Source: Anthoceros angustus
Lineage: Eukaryota; Plantae; Anthocerotophyta
Direction: 5' to 3'
DNA: 64,000 bases
NCBI GenBank assembly: GCA_010909165.1
Contig: VJWM01000103.1
Coordinates: forward strand, 930,001-994,000
Positions 12,239 through 22,637 of the stretch are shown one piece after another. The notes under the pieces are model-generated. The model was not told where the DNA came from. It made no database searches and saw nothing but the letters and a program-made list of their open reading frames with translations. Made by a program: the position numbers and the translations under genes. Numbering within the stretch: position 1 is the first letter of the stretch; each line of letters starts with the position of its first letter.

Positions 12239-13772
12239 CTTCGGCCGATACCGGCACTCCAACCTCAATCTCTAACCAAACATCCCTCGCAATTGCACGC
12301 CAAAAGCGCCGCCATTTTTCTCCTATCCCTGCCTCCCACCATCCTAGATCCGATGCACCAGCTTCCAGCCGCCCCACCTTCTCGTCCCAGCCCTAGCAAA
12401 CCCTGGCTCCCTCCCCTCTCCCGCATCCCAGCCCGCTCAAGCCGTGCAAACACGGCGCGCACTCCAACTGCTCCAAATTGCGAGAGACCGAAGCGAGCCC
12501 GAGTCCGACGGCGGCTGCGTCCGCGCGATGGCGCTGGAAGGCCAGAAAATTTGGAGCGCGGCTATGGCTGCGTGGCAGGCGGCGGAGGGGCTGGTACGAT
12601 CCAGGATCCGCCTCGTGCGTGTTCTGCGCTGTTGTTCCCGCGCAAGCCGCGGGGAGCTGGAGGCTGTTTCGTTCTTGGCTCCAGAGGTTGCTGGGATTGT
12701 GGGATTGTGGACGCATGCGCGGATTTACCTACGACTCACCTCGTACCCTGCGCCTTGCCACCTGGACACACTCACGCCCGCCAAATATGCTCGCCCGCCC
12801 TTCTTTATTAGGTAGCAGGGGCCCATCACGCGGTAAAATGTTACGAATTTGCTACGCAACGGGTACGCGTAGGCAAACCGCGGTCCTATGGGCGCGGAGA
12901 TGGGCCACCATTTGCGCCTCGCCCCTGTCCACACTTCCTGCCATTTCAATGCCCCACTTCACTGCCGTGATATCTCGTGGCTTTGCAAGTGCCCGCAAGC
13001 GCGTAGGGCTGCCGGCTAAAGGTACCCACAGGTTTTGCCACAATCGGGTTTATAGCCTGAGATCGTAGAGAGATACCTAGTTTCTATAAGCGTATCCAAG
13101 GGAGGGTTCAAAGTGTAGGGTCTTCCAATGGGTTACTCACAACTCTGCGGGTGGTGGGAATTTGTAATGTCTATGAGCTGATTCTGCCCCTCAGCGGGCT
13201 GCCCTCCGAGATGGATCAAAGTCAAGCTTAATCCTGCTATCCCCTGGTTTTGGCAGGGATTACAATTTGTGAAAAGCGACACGATGTAAAAGGGGTTCCC
13301 ATCGACCCCTTGTGCCGATGCTGAATCCTGGGCGGGGATGCATGGCTCAATTTGAAGACCCTGGTCAACTTGCCTTGCCTCTTGCAACCCAGCTCACGTC
13401 CTATAATTGGACAAATCTCTAGGAAAACCTATCCCGAGGAGACTAGATAGGATCTATGTCCCGACCTCTATGCTTTTCCGTGTCCAGTGGTTTTTCCATT
13501 GTTAAAGATGCTGCTCTGGACCATACTCCATTCTCCTATGCCTTACACGCACTCAATCCCGGTTGTGCTCTTGCCTCTCGGCGGTTGTCGTATGAACACC
13601 AAGGCTCAAGCTAGGGGTGGAAGAGGATCCGGGGCATCTTCCAACAACTTGAGACGAGGGATGATCTTTCCGGCTTAATAAATTCAAGGGCATGAGGCTC
13701 CTCCTCCTCCTTAAGAGAAGGTCTTGACATTAAAAGGAGGAACGCAAGGAGAAGCGGCCGTTGAGGGATGCT
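11666..13772. repeat. Near-identical re-copy of 9972-11670 (TBC exons 1-2, upstream region, LINE remnant)
   Basis: Sequence identity with 9972 onward; differences are almost all short indels in homopolymers. The join is at the microhomology CGGGGATGC. Confidence 0.9.
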
Positions 13773-14810
13773 CCGGCACTCCAACCTCAATCTCTAACCA
13801 AACATCCTCGCAATTGCACGCCAAAAGCGCCGCCATTTTTCTCCTATCCCCTGCCTCCCACCATCCTAGATCCGATGCACCAGCTTCCAGCCGCCCCACC
13901 TTCTCGTCCCAGCCCTAGCAAACCCTGGCTCCTCCTCTCCCGCATCCCAGCCCGCTCAAGCCATGTGCAAACACGGCGCGCACTCCAACTGCTCCAAATT
14001 GCGAGAGACCGAAGCGAGCCCGAGTCCGACGGCGGCTGCGTCCGCGCGATGGCGCTGGAAGGCCAGAAAAATTGGCTGCGTGGCAGGCGGCGGAGGGGCT
14101 GGTACGATCCAGGATCCGCCTTCGTGCTGCTTGTCTGTTTTCGCTGTTCCCGCGCAAGCCGCGGGGAGCTGGAGGCTGTTCTCGTTCTTGGCTCCAGAGG
14201 TTGCTGGGATTGTGGGATTGTGGACGCATGCGCGGATTTACCTACGACTCACCTCGTACCCTGCGCCTTGCCACCTGGACACACTCACGCCCGCCAAATA
14301 TGCTCGCCCGCCCTTCTTTATTAGGTAGCAGGGGCCCATCACGCGGTAAAATGTTACGAATTTGCTACGCAACGGGTACGCGTAGGCAAACCGCGGTCCC
14401 TATGGGCGCGGAGATGGGCCACCATTTGCGCCTCGCCCCTGTCCACACTTCCTGCCATTTCAATGCCCCACTTCACTGCCGTGATATCTCGTGGCTTTGC
14501 AAGTGCCCGCAAGCGCGTAGGGCTGCCGGCTAAAAGGTACCCACAGGTTTTGCCACAATCGGGTTGCATAGCCTGAGATCGTAGAGAGATACCTAGTTTC
14601 TATAAGCGTATCCAAGGGAGGGTTCAAAGTGTAGGGTCTTCCAATGGGTTACTCACAACTCTGGTGGGAATTTGTAATGTCTATGAGCTGATCTGCCTCA
14701 GCGGGCTGCCCCTCTGGAGATGGATCAAAGTCAAGCTTAATCCTGCTATCCCCTGGTTTTTGGCAGGGGATTACAATTTTGTGAAAAGCGACACGATGTA
14801 AAAGGGGTTC
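13773..14810. repeat. Third copy of 10563-11640 (region upstream of the TBC gene)
   Basis: Identity from CCGGCACTCCAACCTC onward, with indel noise. Confidence 0.9.
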
Positions 14811-15406
14811 TCGACTTGTGCGATGCGAGGTCTGTCCCTGGGCCGAGGGATGCATGGCTCAATTTGGAAGACCCTTGGTCAACTTGCCTTGCCCTCTTGC
14901 AACCCAGCTCCCTGTCCTATAATTGGACAAATCTCTAGGAAAACCTTATCCCGAGGAGACTAGATAGGATCTATGTCCCGACCTCTATGCTTTTCCGTGT
15001 CCAGGGTTTTTCCATTGTTCCGGGTACTGCTCTGTCGGACCATACTCCAATTCTCCTATGCCTTACCTGCACTCAATCCGGTGTGGCAACTCTTGCTGCC
15101 TCTCGGCAGATTTATCGTATGAACACCAAGCTGCTCAAGAAGCTAGGGGTGGAAGAGAGGATCCGGGGCATCTTCCAACAACTTGAGACGAGGGATGATC
15201 TTTCTGGGCTTAATAAATTACTGAAGGGCATGAGGCTCAGCTCCTCCTCCTTAAGAAGGTCTTGACATTAAAAAGGAGGAACGCAAGGAGAAGGCGGTCG
15301 TTGAGGGATGCTCGCGTACTTCATAGAGCTGCCTATGTCAATCCACCGCTCGCTTTTCCGCCTTACGGGTGCTCGTTTCAAAGCGGATTGTTTTGAAGAA
15401 GCTCTT
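14700..15406 (+). mobile_element. L1-type LINE ORF2 endonuclease fragment (repeated at ~13200-13770, 15710-16395, 16710-17367, 18040-18311)
   Basis: APE motifs GDYN, SYNWTN, RRLDRIYVP and LSDHTPI, followed by the YRMNTKLL linker typical of L1 ORF2. Confidence 0.8.
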
Positions 15407-16395
15407 TGTTAGAGTAAATAAAGTTTGGTTAAACCTATACACATTTAGGTTGTATGGAGTTATGTTAGGTACATTATTGAACGGTCCATATATGTGGTAT
15501 TTAAACATTTTGTATATGCGATATCAATTCTAACTATCTAAGGTTCAAGCTCTACTTTTGCTTGTTTATTTTTCATGGTATCGAGCCTAGCTCGATTCTT
15601 GAATCTCCATGCGCCATGTCGAGACGAGGATGTACTGCTAGGTGCACGTGTAGGTAATCCCGGGTCGAGGTGACAGGAAGACCACCACTTAGGCCCATCA
15701 ATTTGTACCTCTGAGATGGATCAAAGTCAAGCTTAATCCTGCTATCCCCTGGTTTTGGGGGATTACAATTTGTGAAAAGCGACACGATGTAAAAGGGGTT
15801 CCCATCAATTGTGCGGCTGTGTCCCGCCGGAACCGAGGGATGCATGGCTCAATTTGAAGACCCTTGGTCAACTTGCCTTGCCTCTTGCAACCCAGCCTCG
15901 TCCTATAATTGGACAAATCTCTAGGAAAACCTTATCCCGAGGAGACTAGATAGGATCTATGTCCCGACCTCTATGCTTTTCCGTGTCCGTGGTTTTTCCA
16001 TTGTTCGCAATCGCCTGCCGGACCATACTCCACCTTCTCCTATGCCTTACCGCACTCAATCCGGTGTGGTAACTTTGCCGCTCTCACATTTATCGTATGA
16101 ACACCAAGTCGCTCAAGAAGCTAGGTGGAAGAGAGGATCCGGCATCTTCCAACAACTTGAGACGAGGGATGATCTTTCTGGGCTTAATAAATTACTGAAG
16201 GGCATGAGGCTCAGCTCCTCCTCCTTAAGAAGGCTGGGTGCTGACATTAAAAAGGAGGAACGCAAGGAGAAGCAGTCGTTGAGGGATGCTCTGGGCAGAC
16301 TTCATAGAGCTGCCTATGTCAATCCACCCTGCTCTGCTTCTTCTGCTCTTACGCGGGGTGCTCGTTTCAAACTGGATTGTTTTGAAGAAGCTCTT

Positions 16396-16567
16396 TGTTA
16401 GAGTAAATAAAGTTTGGTTAAACCTATACACATTTAGGGTTGTATGGAGTTATGTTAGGGTACATTATTGAACAGTCATATATGTGGTATTTAAACATTT
16501 TTGTATATGCGATATCAATTCTAACTATCTAAGGTTCAAGCTCTCGCCTTTGCTTGTTTATTTTTCA
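16396..16567 (+). mobile_element. Copia LTR family 1 (~170 bp, TG...CA); other copies at 15407-15575, 17368-17529, 18312-18466
   Basis: Starts TGTTAGAG, ends TTTTTCA, and is immediately followed by a PBS. Confidence 0.85.
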
Positions 16568-16580
16568 TGGTATCAGAGCC
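16568..16580 (+). promoter_or_regulatory. Primer-binding site complementary to tRNA-iMet
   Basis: TGGTATCAGAGCC; also at 15576, 17530, 18467, ~19613 and 20769. Confidence 0.9.
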
Positions 16581-19500
16581 TAGCTCTGATTCTTGAATCT
16601 CCATGCGCCATGTCGAGACGAGGATGTACTGCTAGGTCTGCACGTGTAGGTAATCCTGGTCGAGGTAGACAAGGAAGACCACCACTTAGGCCCCATCAAT
16701 TTGTACCTCTGAGATGGATCAAAGTCAAGCTTAATCCTGCTATCCCCTGGTTTTGGGGGATTACAATTTGTGAAAAGCGACACGATGTAAAAGGGGTTCC
16801 CATCAATTGTGCGGCTGTGTCCCGGCCGGAACTCGAGGGATGCATGGCTCAATTTGAAGACCCTTGGTCAACTTGCCTTGCCCTCTTGCAACCCAGCCTC
16901 GTCCTATAATTGGACAAATCTCTAGGAAAACCTTATCCCGAGGAGACTAGATAGGATCTATGTCCCGACCTCTATGCTTTTCCGTGTCCGTGGTTTTTCC
17001 ATTGTTCGCAATCGCCTGCCGGACCATACTCCATTCTCCTATGCCTTACCGCACTCAATCCGGTGTGGTAACTTTGCCGCTCTCACATTTATCGTATGAA
17101 CACCAAGTCGCTCAAGAAGCTAGGGGTGGAAGAGAGGATCCGGGGCATCTTCCAACAACTTGAGACGAGGGATGATCTTTCCGGCTTAATAAATTATCGG
17201 GCATGAGGCTCGCCTCCTCCTTAAGAAGGTCGACATTAAAAGGAGGAACGCAAGGAGAAGGCCGTTGAGGGATGCTCTGGGCAGACTTCATAGAGCTGCC
17301 TATGTCAATCCACCCCGCCTCGCTTCCGCCTACGGGTGCTCAAATGGATTGTTTTGAAGAAGCTCTTTGTTAGAGTAAATAAAGTTTGCTAAACCTATAC
17401 ATTTAGGGTTGTATGGAGTTATGTTAGTACATTATTGAAATCATATGTGGTATTTAAACATTTTGTATATGCGATATCAATTCTAACTATCTAAGGTTCA
17501 AGCTCTCGCCTTTGCTTGTTTATTTTTCATGGTATCAGAGCCTAGCTCTGATTCTTGAATCTCCATGCGCCATGTCGGCCCAGGATGTACTGCTAGGTGC
17601 ACGCAGGTAATCCCGGGTCGAGACAAGGAAGACCACCACTTAGGCCCCATCAATTTGTACCTACAGATATCGTGCTTCTTACCTCATATGCGGATGCTGA
17701 CTCGGCTTCAAATGCCAACACTAGAAAGAGTCTTTCAGCTTATTGTTTCCTTCTAGCCTCTGGGTCTGTTAGTTGGAGTTGCAAGAACCAAGCTTCTCTT
17801 GCTTTGTCTTCTACTGAAGCCAAGTACAAAGCCTTGATAGATGCCTGCAAGGAGGCAAAGTGGGAACGTCAATTCCATGATTCAAAATCGGTCAAACTAA
17901 TCCCACTAACTTGTTTTGTGATAATATGGGTGCTATAGCTTTAATTGCTAATCCTAGGTTTCATGCTAGGACTAAACGTGATAGAGCTTTACCACCATTA
18001 CATTCGGATGTTGTCGAGAGGTATAGTTAAGTACATCGTATGAACACCAAGGCTGCTCAAGCTGGGGTGGAAGAGAGGATCCGGCATCTTCCAACAACTT
18101 GAGACGAGGGATGATCTTTCCGGCTTAATACCATTCAAGGGCATGAGGCTCGCCTCCTCCTCCTTAAGAAGGTCGACATTACAAGGAGGAACGCAAGGAG
18201 AAGGCCGTTGAGGGATGCTCCGGCACTCATAGAGCTGCCTATGTCAATCCACCGCTCGCTTTTCCGCCTTACGGGTGCTCGTTTCAAATGGATTGTTTTG
18301 AAGAAGCTCTTTGTTAGAGTAAATAAAGTTTGCTAAACCTATACATTTAGGTTGTATGGAGTTAGGTACATTATTGAACAGTCATATATGTGGTATTTAA
18401 ACATTTTGTATATGCGATATCAATTCTAACTATCTAAGGTTCAAGCTCTACTTTGTTTATTTTTCATGGTATCGAGCCTAGCTCCGATTCTTGAATCTCC
18501 ATGCGCCATGTCGAGACGAGGATGTACTGCTAGGCACGCGTGTAGGTAATCCCGGCCGAGTACAGAAGACCACCACTTAGGCCCCATCAATTTGTACCCA
18601 TGTGATATCGTGCTTCTTACCTCATGCGACACGATCTTGGCCTGTCAAATGCCAACACTAGAAAGAGTCTTTCAGCTTATTGTTTCCTTCTAGCCTCAGT
18701 TAGCTGGTTGGGCAGAACCAAGCTTCTCTTGCTTTGTCTTCACCGCCAAGTACAAAGCCTTGATAGATGCCCGCAAGGAGGCAAAGTAAACGCGTCAATT
18801 CCATGATTCACATCGTCAAAACTAATCCCACTAACTTGTTTTGTGATAATATGGTGCTATAGCTTTAATTGCTAATCCTAGGTTTCATGCTAGGACTAAA
18901 CGTGATAGAGCTTTACCACCATTACATCTGGATGTTGTCGAGAGAGGTATAGTTAAGTACATCAGCATGTAAGAAAACACCGTTGATATTTTTCACTAAG
19001 GCTCTTCCTAAGTACTTTAAGCACCTAGAGTCTCTAGGTCTTAGGGAGTTTCATTTCTAACCACATAGCCTTGCTACTTGAGCCATCGGGATGGCCTCTT
19101 ACAAATTTCACAGGGGCTTGAGGTTATACTAGTTGGTAACTCCTTAGTCTACTAGTTGTCGTCACACAGTGCTTTTACACATTGTTTTAAAGGCATCCAT
19201 GGTCGAGCCGCTTTTAGTTAGTCAAACTATCATACAAGAAGTCGGTGTGGATGAAACTTCGTCGAGATCTAAACGTGAAGAGACGAGCTCTTAACGTTAG
19301 AAACTGAAAGCTAGTGGATAAACTACTTAGGCAATTTAGAAACCAATTTTTGCTTAGTTACCTTCTGATGGTAGTTTGTGTGCTTTTGGCACCACATTCC
19401 TCCCATTGTAGTTGGAATATAAGGCAGACCACGTGGTTCTGTATCACGTTGGTTAGTCTAACTAGACCTAGTTATAAATGCAGTTAGTTAACTGACAAGC

Positions 19501-19746
19501 TAGTTAAAGGACACACCCATTCGATAACCGCTATTTAAGGCCTACCAATGTACCCACCTATTCAGTTGTTAATAGATCATCTTTGATGTGTCTGCTTCCG
19601 TGAATTCCAACTTGGTATCGAGCCTAGCTCGATTCTTGAATCTCCATGCGCCATGTCGAGACGAGGATGTACTGCTAGGTGCACGCAGGTAATCCCGCGA
19701 GGTACAAGGAAGACCACCACTTAGGCCCCACCATCAATTTGTACCC

Positions 19747-20211
19747 ATGATATCGTGCTTCTTACATGCGACACGACTTCCAAATGCCAACACTAGAAAG
19801 AGTCTTTCAGCTTATTGTTTCCTTCTAGCCTCTGGGTCTGTTAGTTGGAGTTGCAAGAACCAAGCTTCTCTTGCTTTGTCTTCTACTGAAGCCAAGTACA
19901 AAGCCTTGATAGATGCCTGCAAGGAGGCAAAGTGGGAACGTCAATTCCATGATTCTGTAAATCAGTCGCAAACTAATCCCACTAACTTGTTTTGTGATAA
20001 TATGGGTGCTATAGCTTTAATTGCTAATCCTAGGTTTCATGCTAGGACTAAACGTATAGAGCTTTACCACCATTACATTCGGGATGTTGCTGAGAGAGGT
20101 ATAGTTAAGTACATCAGCACAGAAGAAAACACCGTTGATATTTTCACTAAGGCTCTTCCTAAGTACTTTAAGCACCTAGAGTCTCTAGGTCTTAGGGAGT
20201 TTCATTTCTAA
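19747..20211 (+). mobile_element. Ty1/copia RNase H remnant (other copies at 17680-18035 and 18640-19060)
   Basis: RKSLSAYCF...VSWSCKNQ...ALSSTEAKY...LFCDNMGAIALIANPRFHARTKRIE...YIRD...DIFTKAL. Confidence 0.92.
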
Positions 20212-20569
20212 CTAATAGCCTTGCTACTTGAGCCATCAGGATGGCCTCTTACAAATTTCACAGGGCTTGAGGTTATACTAGTTGGTAACTCCTTAGTCTA
20301 CTAGTTGTCGTCACCTGAGTCTGTTTACACATTGTTTTAAAGGCATCCATGGTCAGAACAGTTTTTAGTTAGTCAAACTATCTGTACAATACAAGTCAGT
20401 ACAGTGGATGAAACTTCAAGCTGAGATCTAAACGTGAACTGACAGTATCGAGCCTTAACGTTAGAAACTGAAAGCTAGTGGATAAACTACTTAGGCAATT
20501 TAGAAACCAATTTTTGCTTAGTTACCTTCTGATGGTAGTTTGTGTGCTTTTGGCACCATTCCTCCATTG

Positions 20570-20781
20570 TAGTTGGAATATAAGGACCACGTGGTTCTCA
20601 GTTGGTTATCTAACTAGACTAGTTATAAATGCAGTTAGTTAACTGACAAGCTAGTTAAAGGACACACCCATTCGATAACCGCTATTTAAGGCCTACCAAT
20701 GTACCCACCTATTCAGTTGTTAATAGATCATCTTTGATGTGTCTGCTTCCGCATTAGCAATTCCAACTTGGTATCAGAGCC
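20570..20781 (+). mobile_element. Copia LTR family 2 (~200 bp) plus tRNA-iMet PBS (second copy ~19409-19625)
   Basis: 9-bp terminal inverted repeat AGTTGGAAT...ATTCCAACT, TATA-like TATTTAAG, PBS TGGTATCAGAGCC at 20769-20781. Confidence 0.75.
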
Positions 20782-21098
20782 ATGTACACTCATGGCTTCC
20801 ATTGCAGCAGATCCCTTGATCATTCTAATCATGAGATTGCTGTTGCCGACAGAATGCTTAGTAGAAGATTGTCTCTAATATAAACTATTGTTGAATAGCT
20901 TTAATTGGATCTGCAAACCTTCTCTATGCATCCTCTAGTTCAGAACTGGATGTTCTGAATTCAAAAAAAAAAAAAAAAAGTTTCTGAACATTAACAAGTC
21001 ATCCAACCGGGTACTGATCTGACCCAAGGGCGCTTAACCATGGAGTTCTGGTCAGGAACGGGCTATGAGTCTTCATATCTCATCGGCACACTTCCAAT

Positions 21099-21515
21099 GT
21101 GCAGGAAAAGAGAGAGATGGAGCGTCAGGACAATGAGGATTCCCCATCCTCTCCCCCCAAACTCGCATTCTCACATTTCTCCAGGCCTTGTTTCCTGCAT
21201 CAGGCTACGTGCCCATCACGTCAAATGGCTAGGAATCCTTGCGAATGGTCTCAGCTCGCCAGTGCAAACAATCGGAACCACGAAGGCCCGCATTTCAGAT
21301 CCACAATTTTTAATGAACTCGCTCCTAGATGGGTGCAATCTGCGGCACAAAACCTTGGAGAGGATCTCCTGCGCCTAATCCTTGCCAGCAGGATCAATCC
21401 AAGTGGCCACTCAATCACTCGTGCTCGCATACACATCCACGTCAAAAAAAAGCAAACTGCACTTTTAAGGCGATCTTGTCCTCGGGGCGTCTCGGTGCCT
21501 CCTGCCACTTCTTGA
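21099..21515 (+). mobile_element. Possible LINE ORF1 remnant
   Basis: IFNELAPRWVQSAAQNLGEDLL...RARIHIHV loosely resembles plant L1 ORF1; weak. Confidence 0.3.
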
Positions 21516-22359
21516 GGAGCAGATACTTAATAATGTCCTCTTCTCTAACCTAGTAGGACGAGGATTTGTCAGGATTGGATCGGATTGCGGTGGATTTGAG
21601 TCTCAGGCAGTGCAGGCAAATCTCGATAGGAGCTCAAAATCCTCGATTTTGTCTTGGAAGACTTCGTGAGGCGCCGCCTGCTCGCGGCCCGGTGCGAGGC
21701 GCTCAACAAGGCCTTGTTGCCGTCATCCGCACTGTGATTGGGCGAGCGCCTGCGCCCTGCCGCCCCTAGAATGGCGCGCGCCAATGGGCCGCAATCATAC
21801 CGAAACGACAACAAGTTGTCGTTTGAGTGAGTATTTACCCGCATCGAGTGAACGTGGCCGATTTTTGCATTGGTTCCAAACCGGTTCTTACTGGCGCCGT
21901 TTCACATTTGCACGCGTATCCTCCTGGAATTTCCATTTCACCACCAGGATTTCCGACAATTTCTTCAGTTCTTCCTGCTGATGATTCATATTTCCCAAGT
22001 GATTTTGAGACATATCCTCCGCTGAAAATTGAGCCAAGTTCACCACCGTCAGATCCTTCGGTTTCGGTTCCTTTGGCTCATGCTACGGCCTTGTGGGATC
22101 AGCTTGCGAAGACAACAAGATTCTTGGTGGATCTAACTGCTGTTCGCACCCTGGAAAATTCAGCAACTCCGAGTTTGCAAGCTTCTGATCTGCCAGATCC
22201 AGAGCTGGTGTAATTAGTGCATGGAGTGTTGGCTTGGCGGAGTGGGGTAACATTGCCGCCAATCTTTAAAGAATATCGTGCTTTAAATTCTAACTCGTGA
22301 TCTCGGCGCCTTATCATAACAATTCGTCGGCTCACGCGTTCGGTTTGAGTGCTCTTGAG

Positions 22360-22637
22360 ATGGCGGGCATGTATGGCTCTTCGGTGTCGCCCTCACGACC
22401 TCCGTCACCCACTCCACCACCACAGGGTACACCCATCGGACCACCACCGATTTCTACTTCGACACCTGGGCCTTCATTGCCGTACTTCAACATCGTGAAC
22501 GTCAATACTGACTTCAAGGAGAAGGACACGTTCAACGGCACAAAGTTTGAGGTGTGGTCCAAGCGCATGAAGACAGCGCTGAATACGAGGGATTTACTCC
22601 CCATTGTGGAAGGTACCGTCCCTCAGCCCTCCGAGCC
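22360..22637 (+). mobile_element. Ty1/copia gag N-terminus, truncated
   Basis: Pro-rich leader, then FNGTKFEVWSKRMKTALNTRDLLPIVEGTVPQP (copia gag signature). Downstream of the PBS at 20769. Confidence 0.8.

Noticed and set aside
10577-14569. Many 100-228 aa ORFs on both strands upstream of the TBC gene
   Set aside because: GC-rich non-coding sequence with no motifs; frames are not preserved between the three copies.
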